Of a stretch of 32,000 nt of DNA, positions 15,438-26,961 are shown piece after piece. Source of the stretch: Acaryochloris marina S15 (GTDB lineage Bacteria; Cyanobacteriota; Cyanobacteriia; Thermosynechococcales; Thermosynechococcaceae); assembly GCF_018336915.1 (NCBI RefSeq), contig NZ_CP064924.1:277760-309759 (forward strand). The letters run 5' to 3'. Each line of letters begins with the position of its first letter. Positions within the stretch are counted from its first letter, which is position 1. A program made the translations under genes and the position numbers. Below the pieces are notes generated by a model, which was not told the DNA's origin, made no database searches, and saw nothing but the letters and a program-made list of their open reading frames with translations.

Positions 15438-15680
15438 AAAGCCACCAACCAAGACCAAATTAATCAAAGTCAGTCCTGGCAAGAACTTCAGAATCCGGCT
15501 GGGAAGGACTTATTTTTCGTGTAATTTTTTGTGTAATACAGATTTTGGTAGAAAATCTGGAATTAAAATCACAGATCTAATATGGTGATCTTGGAATTCA
15601 TACTCTGTGGTGCAAATTATTTTGTGTTTGGCTCAACATGCCGACTTGTCGCCTATGCGTCTGACTGAGCTGAAAACCTG

Positions 15681-16103
15681 TTAATCGGTGTAGTGTTCCT
15701 TCAGCCAGTTCACCAGATCAGAAGATTCAGTAAAGTCGAGCAATGCCTCACCAAGAGTTTCGAGTTGATCGAGGGAGAGGGATTGAATCTGGGATTGTAA
15801 TTCAGGGGAAACGTCACCAATGCGGCGGGTGAGTTGGCGGAGGATGAGGGATTGGGCTTCTCTAAGAGCGCCAGACTGTTCACCTTCCTGTCGTCCTTCC
15901 TGGCGACCTTCGTCCAAGGCTTCCTGGTAAACTTTCGTTTGCTTGAGTTCGCTTAAGCCCAACATACTCTCTATCTCTTCCCGGCTCAGTTGTGGAAATT
16001 TATAGACCACAATCGTTTCAATCAACTCCATTATCGCCGCTATCTTAGGATTTGTCTGTCTTTGCGTCTGAGCCCTTGATAGCATTGCTTTTGCTTGGGT
16101 CAC
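15681..16103 (-). CDS. DUF4351-like protein (C-terminal module of Rpn/YhgA-type PD-(D/E)XK putative transposases). No nuclease domain is present.
   Basis: KVYQEALDEGRQEGRQEGEQSGALREAQSLILRQLTRRIGDVSPELQSQIQSLSLDQLETLGEALLDF matches the characteristic cyanobacterial DUF4351 tail pattern recalled from memory. Confidence 0.55.
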   Translation of the reverse strand: MTQAKAMLSRAQTQRQTNPKIAAIMELIETIVVYKFPQLSREEIESMLGLSELKQTKVYQEALDEGRQEGRQEGEQSGALREAQSLILRQLTRRIGDVSPELQSQIQSLSLDQLETLGEALLDFTESSDLVNWLKEHYTD

Positions 16104-16195
16104 AATATGAGGTTGAGCCGAGGTAAGCTATGGGTGAGTGATATTAGATAAGGATGCATTTCAGGCCAGCTAAAAAAATCTGAGAAATATTATCT

Positions 16196-18931
16196 ATGTG
16201 GCCTGACTCACTTCGACATTGGAGTAAGCGAGCACGGCGGTCAATTGATCCTCGTCAAAGCCTCAAAGCTCGCTTACTGTTGATCACGTTTGGGATGGTT
16301 CTACTGCTCTCGACCGTTTTGAGTCTAGTGGTGGGCAACATCAGCACGGAACAACTAGAAGCGGTCACTAATCAATCTTTAGAAGATCTGGCCTTTCAAG
16401 TGGCCGACAAGCTTGATCGCGGTATGTTTGAGCGCTATCGGGATTTGCAAATCATTGCCAGCCTTGACGTGCTGCGTCAACCGAGTGTCTCAATAACCAC
16501 TGAGCGGAATCTGTTGGAACAGCTTCAGAAGTCCTACCCTAACTATTCTTGGCTGGGGGTAGCAGACCCTGCAGGTATAGTGAAAGCCAGCACTGGAGGA
16601 CTGCTGGAGGGAGAAAGTGTTGCCCAGCGTCCGTGGTTTCAGGCAGGACGGAAGCAGCCCTTTGTTGGTAGCATGCATGAGGCATTGATGCTAGAAAAAC
16701 GGCCCTCTAATCCCACTGATGAATCATCCCGATTTGTGGACTTGTCAACCCCTCTATTTGATGATCAGGGACAACTTCAGGGTGTTCTCGCTGTCCATTT
16801 AAGCTGGTCGTGGGCAAAGGAGACTACCCATCGGCTCATCAATCCAGAAGCCAAACACAATCATGCTGAAATCTTGGTTCTCTGCCAAGACGGGCATGTA
16901 TTGCTGGGACCAGCAGGTGTTCAGGGTGAAACATTACCGATCACCATCCTTAAAGCCTCCAATACGAATCGGACAGGATATTTTATTGAGTCTTGGCCCA
17001 GTCAGGGGGAGTTTGTGACTGGCTGGGCCAAGACTAAGGGCTATCTCAGCTATCCTGGACTGGGCTGGATTGTGCTGGCCCGTCGATCGGTGACCCAAGC
17101 CTTCGCCCCAGCTCGGGTGCTACAGGCAAAGGTTTTGGGTTGGGGACTGGGTATCGGAACGCTGTTTGCATTGCTCAGTTGGTTGATTGCACGCCGCATC
17201 TCGTTCGTAACGATTAAACTCACCACTGCTGCTGATCGCATTCGGCAAGGCAGCCCTGATGAAACCTTACCGACCGTTGAGGGACGAGATGAGTTGGCCC
17301 AGCTCTCGCGTTCCCTCCATCACATGGTCAATATGCTGCAAATCCAACGGCAAAACCTACTGCTCACCAATCAACAGCTCCAAGATGAGCTACAACTCCG
17401 TGAGCAGGCCGAACATACAATTGGGGAGCAGGCTGCATTGCTGGACATTGCCACCGATGCAATTTTTGTACGGGATTTAGATAATCGCATTTTGTATTGG
17501 AATCAGGGGGCACAGCGCACCTATGGATGGTCAGCAGCAGAAGCCTGCGGCCAAAATGCAATCACCTTCCTCAATTTAACAAGTTCCCCCGAGCTAGACA
17601 CCGCCGTACAAACTGTTCTTGAACAGGGCGAATGGCAAGGGGAGCTAGAAAAAGTGACCCAATCGAAACAAACAATCGTCGTTGATAGTCGCTGGTCGTT
17701 AGCCTGTAATGCAGAGGGTCAACCTGAATTCATCCTCACCGTTGATACGGACATTACTGAGCAAAAGCAGCTCGAGGTCCAGTTTCTGCGCGCCCAGCGA
17801 CTAGAGAGCTTAGGCACCCTCGCCAGTGGCATCGCTCACGATCTCAACAATATTTTCACCCCTATCATTGGTTCAGCGGGTCTCCTACCCATCACCCTAG
17901 ACCCAGCAGACAGCAAGAGCCGCCGCTTGGTGCGGATGCTCAACGATAGCGCTCAACGCGGCAGCGAATTAGTCAAGCAAATTCTAGCTTTCGCACGGGG
18001 GGCTGAGGGGGAATTCATTACGCTCCAGGTCGGTCACCTATTGGCCGAGATTCAACAGATCATCAGAAGCACGTTCCCAAAACACATTGAGCTGCAGGCC
18101 AATATTCCCACCCAGTCTCTGCCCACGGTGACCGCCGATGCAACCCAAGTCCATCAGATATTGATGAACCTTTGCGTGAATGCCCGTGATGCCATGCCTA
18201 ACGGTGGCATTCTAAGTCTATCGGCCAAAGCAATAACAGTGGATGAACACTTTGCGGAGATACATATTGATGCAAAGACTGGGAAGTATGTCGCGATCAC
18301 TGTTGCTGATACGGGTATGGGCATACCACTCGAGGTACAAGAGCGCATTTATGATCCCTTTTTCACGACCAAAGAGGTTGGCCAGGGTACAGGATTAGGG
18401 CTATCGACGGTGAGGGGCATTATCAAAGGTCATGGCGGATTTTTAGACCTTTATTCCGAGGTGGGTCGAGGAACAACCTTTACAGTGTTTATCCCCGCTG
18501 AACTCGATCATGAGATGGAGATACCTCAATATCCTGACTTACAAGAGGGGCAGGGGCAGTTAATTTTAGTGGTGGATGACGAAGCGCTGATCCTGCAAAT
18601 GACCAAGAGCACGTTAGAACTATTCAACTATCAAGTGGTCACGGCTACGAATGGGAGAGATGCGATCGCTCAGTACAAGCAATATCACCCTGACCTTGTA
18701 CTCATGGATATGATGATGCCGGAGCTAGGAGGGCAAGAAGCGATCTCAGCACTGAGAGACATCAATCCGCACCTCAAGATTGTTGCTACTAGCGGACTGA
18801 TTACAGAGCAATTTTCTACTATCAGTGTTGATGCCTTTTTGCCTAAGCCTTATACTCTGCAAGAGTTACTTCAGACACTTGGGCAATTTCAGGAAAAGAA
18901 CTCACATACTTTAGGCCATGAGATGCAATAG
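16196..18931 (+). CDS. Hybrid sensor histidine kinase: extracytoplasmic Cache-like domain, TM, HAMP, PAS, HisKA, HATPase_c, C-terminal receiver
   Basis: Two hydrophobic segments flank a ~280-aa sensor domain. HAMP-like ELAQLSRSLHHMVNML; H-box GIAHDLNNIF; N, G1 and G2 boxes (NLCVNARDAM, DTGMGI, GTGLGLS). Receiver: LILVVDDE...DLVLMDMMMP...KIVATSG...LPKPY. Confidence 0.9.
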   Translation: MWPDSLRHWSKRARRSIDPRQSLKARLLLITFGMVLLLSTVLSLVVGNISTEQLEAVTNQSLEDLAFQVADKLDRGMFERYRDLQIIASLDVLRQPSVSITTERNLLEQLQKSYPNYSWLGVADPAGIVKASTGGLLEGESVAQRPWFQAGRKQPFVGSMHEALMLEKRPSNPTDESSRFVDLSTPLFDDQGQLQGVLAVHLSWSWAKETTHRLINPEAKHNHAEILVLCQDGHVLLGPAGVQGETLPITILKASNTNRTGYFIESWPSQGEFVTGWAKTKGYLSYPGLGWIVLARRSVTQAFAPARVLQAKVLGWGLGIGTLFALLSWLIARRISFVTIKLTTAADRIRQGSPDETLPTVEGRDELAQLSRSLHHMVNMLQIQRQNLLLTNQQLQDELQLREQAEHTIGEQAALLDIATDAIFVRDLDNRILYWNQGAQRTYGWSAAEACGQNAITFLNLTSSPELDTAVQTVLEQGEWQGELEKVTQSKQTIVVDSRWSLACNAEGQPEFILTVDTDITEQKQLEVQFLRAQRLESLGTLASGIAHDLNNIFTPIIGSAGLLPITLDPADSKSRRLVRMLNDSAQRGSELVKQILAFARGAEGEFITLQVGHLLAEIQQIIRSTFPKHIELQANIPTQSLPTVTADATQVHQILMNLCVNARDAMPNGGILSLSAKAITVDEHFAEIHIDAKTGKYVAITVADTGMGIPLEVQERIYDPFFTTKEVGQGTGLGLSTVRGIIKGHGGFLDLYSEVGRGTTFTVFIPAELDHEMEIPQYPDLQEGQGQLILVVDDEALILQMTKSTLELFNYQVVTATNGRDAIAQYKQYHPDLVLMDMMMPELGGQEAISALRDINPHLKIVATSGLITEQFSTISVDAFLPKPYTLQELLQTLGQFQEKNSHTLGHEMQ

Positions 18932-18944
18932 TAATGCATTGCAT

Positions 18945-18968
18945 CGTAAGCGACCATGGTCGCTTACG
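18945..18968 (+). terminator. Perfect 24-nt palindrome (10-bp stem, CAUG loop) 14 nt after the kinase stop. Possible bidirectional terminator.
   Basis: cgtaagcgaccatggtcgcttacg followed by atattt. A half-copy, accatggtcgcttacga, recurs at 19030-19046. Confidence 0.4.
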
Positions 18969-19066
18969 ATATTTGAGTGACCCCAGAATCTGTTAGAACG
19001 AGCTCTGATTGATGGAACCATAACCCATCACCATGGTCGCTTACGAAATATTGTGCTTCGATTGTT

Positions 19067-19483
19067 CTATGGCTGTCGCAAGTCAACGGACAAGCAGCAA
19101 AAATAACGGGAGTCTGTGTTTTTATTTTTTTGATTAAGCCATAGAAAACCAGGTGCCTGATGTGGATGTATCCCCCAAGCTGTAAGTGAAACAGCTACGC
19201 CCAGTAGGATGATCACGTTGGCTGCCAGAATACAGCCTGCGACCACTGCAATCGTACTCATTGGTAACAGAACCTGCAAACCTAGAGCCAGTAATGCACC
19301 ACTAATAGAAATGAGTGCCACAATTGGGAACCCCACCACTAACCAACAGACCGTAAGAATAAAAACCCAGGTTAAAAAGCATTTAATTTTCTCCCCCAAA
19401 GACCAGTTAGGGAAGGGTAATGATTGCGATATGGTCATAGTCTGTCCCTCAATTTTGGCAAGGTATTTATTATTTTTAAGCAA
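19067..19483 (-). CDS. Hypothetical polytopic membrane protein. The likely real start is ATG at 19428.
   Basis: Three to four hydrophobic helices. The internal ATG (MTISQSL) is preceded by gaggga. The overlapping + strand ORF 19209..19556 is featureless. Confidence 0.4.
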   Translation of the reverse strand: MLKNNKYLAKIEGQTMTISQSLPFPNWSLGEKIKCFLTWVFILTVCWLVVGFPIVALISISGALLALGLQVLLPMSTIAVVAGCILAANVIILLGVAVSLTAWGIHPHQAPGFLWLNQKNKNTDSRYFCCLSVDLRQP

Positions 19484-19699
19484 ATATTGGCAAACCAGCC
19501 TTCAGAGAATTCGATTTTTGGATTTTCCCATTCTGTCATCTCTGAAGACAGGCTGATTCTTTAGAATAATTGAGTAGTTTGTCATATCCATGACATAGGT
19601 TTTTACATGTATATGACTTTAAGACAATCAGCAGTTTAGATAGAGAGTGATGCTACTTAAAAGGTTTGACTGAAATCATTCAGGTAGTGAACGAGAATA

Positions 19700-21340
<1,641 letters not shown>

Positions 21341-21826
21341 TTACCTCTAATAATTGGGGATACTGTTCAAATCAGAAAAGTGTTAGTACTGAAGTATCCA
21401 GAATTTTGATTGAGAATTTTAGAAAAATTCAGTTCTTGAAAAAGTTAATTCCTCGTGTCAATGTCAGAAAAACTGCATTCAATAGTCAATAATATTGAGA
21501 ATGATAATCTAAGACACTCAGCACTGATATTTTCATTTAAGTTGTTGAATTGATCGCAATAACAGAGGATTCTTACAACACGATTTCTTGATGAGAACTG
21601 TGCATCAAAGTATTGGAAGTACCCAAGTCAATGCCCAAATCATAGGATAGGTATCTCAGGGGTCTAACAGATTTCCACCATGAGAGTTTTGTGATTTTTG
21701 GGGTAGATGAGGAACACCCTACTGCCTGAGAGAGTGTATGAGTCATGATCTAAAGGTGATTACAGATGGGAGGGAGATGAATGTTATTTCGCCTGGTGGG
21801 CCAATACTGAAGGGAGTTTCAAAATT

Positions 21827-22351
21827 CTATAAGGGCTGAGTCTTGTTTTGCTCAATCAACCCACGCATCATGTTTGCAGAGGTATGATCTTCTTGTGCGT
21901 CAAATAACTGAGCAGCTGTCTGGAAATCAGATAAGGCATCTTGACGATCATTCATCAGCAGACGAATCGTACCGCGATTGCCATAAGCTTCAGCCATAGT
22001 GGGAGTTAGTTCGATGGCACGGTTAAAATCCTTGATCGCATTGTCAGTCTGACCAATTGAGAAATACGCAACACCACGATTGTAATAAACTTCCGAATTC
22101 GAGGTTGTTAATTGAATCGCTAGATCATAGGCTTCAATCGCACCCACATAGTCTTCGGTAAAGGCTTTTTGAATCCCTGTCATCAGGTAATCTTGGGATT
22201 GATTTTTCCCAGGCTGGAGGATTGCCGCAGGATTTGTTTGAGAAGAATCACTATTAGGTCTAGCCTGAATAGATTGGCAACCAACTAGGGCCAGGCTGCT
22301 TACGAGGAAAGTAGTGCTAAGAATCCATTGAGTGGGACGGCTAGAAAACAT
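21827..22351 (-). CDS. TPR-repeat lipoprotein
   Basis: Signal peptide with lipobox LALVGCQS. Three to four TPR units (AIEAYDLAIQL, EVYYNRGVAYF, AIKDFNRAIEL, AEAYGNRG). Confidence 0.75.
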   Translation of the reverse strand: MFSSRPTQWILSTTFLVSSLALVGCQSIQARPNSDSSQTNPAAILQPGKNQSQDYLMTGIQKAFTEDYVGAIEAYDLAIQLTTSNSEVYYNRGVAYFSIGQTDNAIKDFNRAIELTPTMAEAYGNRGTIRLLMNDRQDALSDFQTAAQLFDAQEDHTSANMMRGLIEQNKTQPL

Positions 22352-22580
22352 GGTTCAATCTCTTATAATAAATGGCTTGAGTAAAGCTGTAATCTGGCAA
22401 CCCACAAGATTGTTGAAACCGTATCTTCATTGAAGCAAAATTACTTAAACTCACCATCAGCAGAGAGGATGAAATTTATTGCATCTCCATCCTCCTTTTG
22501 GACTAGTCCGATCGGTTGATTCTGGGGTATGTCATTACCTACATCTAGCTTGTGGTCAGCAGTCACTTTTCCTTAAGAGA

Positions 22581-23398
22581 TTAATTTTGCTTTATTTGTT
22601 GAATCCTCAATACCGTATGCTGATAATTTCCCAAATCTCCTTGCTTCTGGAAAAGATCAGCCGCGTGCTGTAAATCAACTAATCCACCATTTTTATCCCC
22701 AGTTTGGGCTTTAATCAGACCTCTATTTCCGTATGCCTCAGCTAATTCTGCATTTAGCTTTATAGCTTTTGTATAATTCGAAATCGCTTGGGAAGCGTTT
22801 TGCATTGCTGCATAAGTTCTCCCACGGTTATAATATGCATCAGCATAATCTGGCTGAAAGCGGATGGCTTGATTTAGATCCATCAATGCCATCTTCCATT
22901 CTCCTTGCACTGAACCAAATATTATTGCTCGAACGTTGTATGCTTCAGCATAGTTTGGCTTTAACTGAATCGCTTTAGTTAAATCAATAATGGCCCGTCG
23001 AAATCGCCTATATCAGAGCGTGATTCTCCTCGGTTGTATAGTGCAATCGGGTGATCTGGATTAATTCTTAAAGCATGATTGAAGTCTTTAATCGCAACTT
23101 GATATTCACCTAAATCATGATAGGCAATTCCTCTATAAATAAATGCTGTTAGATATTGAGGATTTTCTTGAAGGGCTTGATTATAATGGTAAATAGCTTT
23201 TTGATAGTTTCCCTGCTTCGCTTGCTCTTTTCCTTCTTCTAATAATTTTTGAACAGGGTCTGAAGAAAGTGAGATTTTAACTGATTTAGATTGCGATTGA
23301 GTAAATAGACCAGTTCCTGCTATTCCGAGAATAATGCTGACAATTAAAGCAGTTTTCGAATAAGCTCCCATAAGATTTCCCACCAATAGTAATTTCAA
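22581..23398 (-). pseudogene. Membrane-anchored TPR-repeat protein split by a single frameshift
   Basis: ORFs 22979..23398 and 22581..22910 join into continuous TPR sequence (...SDIGDFDGAIIDLTKAIQLKPNYAEAYNVRAIIFGSVQGEWKMALMDLNQAI...) if one G is added to the GGG run (C-run 22994-22996 on the + strand). Confidence 0.75.
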
Positions 23399-23834
23399 AT
23401 TTCTTCTAAGGGGAATGTCCGTTAATGCTAGTCAATAATAGTATGAAGTTTCAGCTTATTATTGATGTTGAAATGCCACTCATACTGCTGCGTCCACCTT
23501 CTCCTCTTCTTAAATTGTCTCTCGTCAGTCCCAGCAATCCGAGTGCCTGGACTTTTTAGCAAAATCCTTCCAATATTTCCACGAACTAGTACTTGAACCT
23601 AATGCACTAGCTGCGTAACAGAATCTATAGTCTTTAGGCCTTATTGAATCCGCATTCAAGGCTTCTGCCTCCATTTTATCTGAAACTCTTGCAGAAAAAC
23701 GACTTTTGCCTTGTAGTTTTAGAAGACCAGTGCCCTGACAACTTTTACAAATGAATAATTAATAGGGGATTTTTTTACTAAAAATGGGAAAGCATTTTTT
23801 TCTGAATAAAGGGTGATGTCATGGCTGATAGAAT

Positions 23835-24964
23835 CCCAGGGCTGTTTCATTTATCTGAAAGACTTTCTATGCATGACTTCTTGGACTTTTGAATATAGGG
23901 TTATGTCATCTTAAACAAGGACTTTAAGTTGTCTAAGCTAAAGCCAGCTAATCGTTGTGCTTGAGTCACATCTCGAACATGATGTACCTTATTTTCGACT
24001 CCCCAATATCCACGAATTCGGTCAGCAAGAACTTGCACAGGCTCCACAAATGAAGCAACGTAGTAACGAGTCTCTGTAGAGCTTTCAACGATATTAGCTC
24101 GATAGATTTGGCGCTCGGAGACGATACGAATTATGCTTTGTAACCCCGGAAACGCAGGAATACCAGCTAAGTCATGACTGATACTGATTGTCCTTTTTTC
24201 AATACGTCCATGTCCCTTGTTTATTTGCTTTATTGTCTGTTGAGCTTTAAATTCAGCTTCGACGCCTTTAAGTAATCCAGATTGATTTCCCTTGAGTGCT
24301 CCTAGATAATTATTGCCACTATCTATAATCGTCTGGGCTGTTTTTTTTGGGTACTGATTGCATCAAATGCAAATACGACACCCTTGAGTGCCAACTGTTC
24401 AATAAATGCAGGAAGCGCGGTGATCTCGTTCGTTTTCGAGTCAACCTCATAAGGTTCCAGAATCAGCCCTCGTTCAACAATATAAGCACTGACGAGCATT
24501 ATCGCTGGATGCGAGTCTAACCTTGGGTCATCACTGATGGCTTCATATGACCCACGCAGTACTTTCCCGTCAGTCGCAATTGTTTCTCCAGGCAAGGGCT
24601 TAATCTCGAAAAACCGAGATAAACACTCTCCATACGAGAGATACTCTATCCGCAACAAGGTACGCCGAATTGTACTGTAGGAAGGTAAACGGCCTTTATG
24701 AGGGGCAAACAAAGTAACCAATTGAGCATGGTATGCCTTTAACCAATCTCCGATGGCGAGGAATCCACGATTGCCTGCGGCTACTGCAAGGGTGAATAGG
24801 GCTAAACATAACGATTGAGTGTGTCTTCGCCCTCTAGCGCGACGATTGTCAGGCAGATCGCAAAAGGCTTCGACAATAGCAATTTCAGGCATTCGGGAGG
24901 CTCAGGATATTGGGGCTGACTCCCTACCATATCAACGGCTCTATGAGAATGAAACAGCCCTGGG
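23835..24964 (-). mobile_element. ISAs1-family insertion sequence (~1.13 kb) with 17-bp perfect terminal inverted repeats
   Basis: cccagggctgtttcatt at 23835-23851; its reverse complement aatgaaacagccctggg at 24948-24964. The repeats enclose a single transposase gene. No clear target-site duplication was found. Confidence 0.75.
23901..24892 (-). pseudogene. ISAs1-family (H-repeat-associated type) transposase, frame broken in an A8 run
   Basis: N-terminal part DLPDNRRARGRRHTQSLCLALFTLAVAAGNRGFLAIGDW. After the A8 tract (T8 at 24341-24348 on +), the -1 frame continues TAQTIIDSGNNYLGALKGNQ...YWGVENKVHHVRDVT, ending at TAA (23901-23903). Confidence 0.8.
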
Positions 24965-25143
24965 TTAGTATTTGAATAGGCGACCGCGTTTTTGCCCGCA
25001 TCTTTGGCTTCATACATGAGTTGATCGGCAGATTGAATCAGCTCATCAACAGAACTGGGGGGATATTCAAAGATTAATACTCCCATGCTGAAGGTGACAG
25101 GCCACTGATGCTTTTCCAGTTCTTCAAGTAAAATTTTCTGCAA
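24965..25143 (-). pseudogene. C-terminal remnant of a GGDEF (diguanylate cyclase) domain gene, interrupted by the IS and decayed upstream
   Basis: VTFSMGVLIFEYPPSSVDELIQSADQLMYEAKDAGKNAVAY matches the final beta-alpha portion of GGDEF domains. The ORF reads through into the IS inverted repeat. Upstream, GGDEF-like sequence is scattered over several frames. Confidence 0.5.
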
Positions 25144-25391
25144 TCTGGCAACTACATGCTTGACTTCTGTCTCTTCAGGTATGTGCAGCTCCCTTGTTCA
25201 TCCATGATCCATAACCGTGTTTTGCTTCTAAAAAAGCTCAAAAGAAACACTACAACAAAATTTGGTTCACTCGCATCCGCTCTTTACAGTGCAAGGTTTT
25301 ATGAGCTATGGGATACCAAGATCTGTCAGGCATTCAGCTACAGGACTGAAGATGAATAGGCTGTAATTGAGAACAACGTGTAAGATATTCC

Positions 25392-25856
25392 ATGAACAGT
25401 ATACGTCGACTATTGCATACTATTGTCAAAGCGTTGAGCGATAATTCCTTTGTGAAAGGATTGAAACGGCTTGAAGGTGCTGTCGCCAAGATTTTGACTT
25501 TAGGATTGATTCTAGTCATTTCATTCGCTTTACTGGATCTGGGGAATAGCTTGTTTCGTGAGTTAATTACAAAACCCTATGGATTTTTTAATTCAATGAT
25601 ACTAGGTATATTTGGCCTTTTCCTCAATATTTTAATTGCTTTAGAATTATTAGAGAATACCAAGGCATATCTAGATCATCAGGGTGTGCAAGTACAGTTA
25701 GTGATTGCAACTGCCTTAATTGCGATGGCTCGTAAGTTGATTATTTTTGATTTTGCTAAATCTTCGGGATTAGATCTAGCAGGACTCGCCACAGCCATCT
25801 TCTCATTATCTATTAGTTATTGGCTTGTTCGTCAACTCAAAAAGCAAGTCGAGTAA
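25392..25856 (+). CDS. PsiE-like (phosphate-starvation-inducible E family) small membrane protein
   Basis: Four hydrophobic helices. ALELLENTKAYL and ALIAMARKLIIFD resemble the PsiE family pattern recalled from memory. Confidence 0.5.
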   Translation: MNSIRRLLHTIVKALSDNSFVKGLKRLEGAVAKILTLGLILVISFALLDLGNSLFRELITKPYGFFNSMILGIFGLFLNILIALELLENTKAYLDHQGVQVQLVIATALIAMARKLIIFDFAKSSGLDLAGLATAIFSLSISYWLVRQLKKQVE

Positions 25857-26120
25857 AGAGAACTTCTCCAAAGTTTAAATCAGGTATATTTCCTTGTTAG
25901 TCGTTCTTTGCGGTTGGAGAGTATCATAAGATTTGACTATGCAATGTTGAGGGCATACCCCAGGCTGGACTTCACACCTACGTAAGGGCAACACTTTTGA
26001 AATATTGAAATTACTTCAAAGCATTGTTCAGAAAAAGGTTTTTGAGATTTATTTGTTCAAAAAGTGTTGCCTCATATATTTGGTAGTTGAACTTTGCCTT
26101 TCTATCTCCCTCGAAAAAAG

Positions 26121-26402
26121 TCAAATCTCCGATAGTTTGCTAGGTGTACTTAGGGATTGTATGTGTGATTTTTGCTTGAGGCCGCGTTTATAGAAGGCAA
26201 AGTTATAGGATAGGTCAAGAGCCCTCTTGTGAGCTGTCAAGTCATACCACTGTCCAGTGAGGCGATGCTGAGCGAAAGTTGCTATTGATAAGTCACATTT
26301 TGTTACGCTAAGGGGTTTATATTTGAGGGGAGTACCGTTTATGGGTAGATCAGGGTGAGGTATCATAACTCTCTTTTTGTACTCTTCATAGGAAAGTATC
26401 AA
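26121..26402 (-). CDS. Hypothetical protein (weak call)
   Basis: 93-aa ORF with a TTG start and an internal ATG (MIPHPDL). No recognisable motifs. Confidence 0.25.
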   Translation of the reverse strand: MILSYEEYKKRVMIPHPDLPINGTPLKYKPLSVTKCDLSIATFAQHRLTGQWYDLTAHKRALDLSYNFAFYKRGLKQKSHIQSLSTPSKLSEI

Positions 26403-26961
26403 TTATGATGAGTTATCAAGTAGCTGACACTTTCATTTATACGAATGACTTTAACGAAACTATGTGTCAAAGCTATTTCATTTAAATGTCATTCAAATGC
26501 CAGTTGAGGGTTGCTGCCTTTGTTGAGTTGGCAAAAACCGATGGGAACAGAAGTTCCTGGCCCAATCAGTGTTTCAGGGAGTGCTAGATATACAACGCCT
26601 TATTCATCACTTGGTTAGACCACATTGGGGCCTCAGTAAGCAGACCACACCGGGAATGGAGATGGGATATTGTTCAAGCCTACTGAGCGTTTTAGAACTC
26701 CTAACTAATAAAGGCTTTAGATGTGTGTCTTGTTAATAGATCAGGTGCCCTGATTATCCCGAGACGATTTTACAGAAGCAGAAAAGGTGCTAGCAGCGAC
26801 ACAAAGCACAATGATAAATATTACTATTATTGGATCAAGATTCTACTTCACTTGCACCCATCTCCAGCATTTCAGTTAGGGATATCATCTGCCCCACTAG
26901 TTTATGAACTATCCACTGCCACTAACCATTGATGTTGCTGTTGTTCACCAGGAGCTTTGAT

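Noticed and set aside
21383-21409. Possible CIRCE operator upstream of groEL (ttagtactg-N9-gaattttga)
   Set aside because: The match to TTAGCACTC-N9-GAGTGCTAA is only 7/9 and 5/9. The second arm is not complementary to the first.
22479-22978. Plus-strand ORFs 22479..22673 and 22769..22978
   Set aside because: They are antisense to a well-supported TPR coding sequence and have no motifs.
26723-26932. 69-aa ORF upstream of the peptidase pseudogene
   Set aside because: It has low-complexity composition and no motifs or coupling signals. It is probably non-coding.
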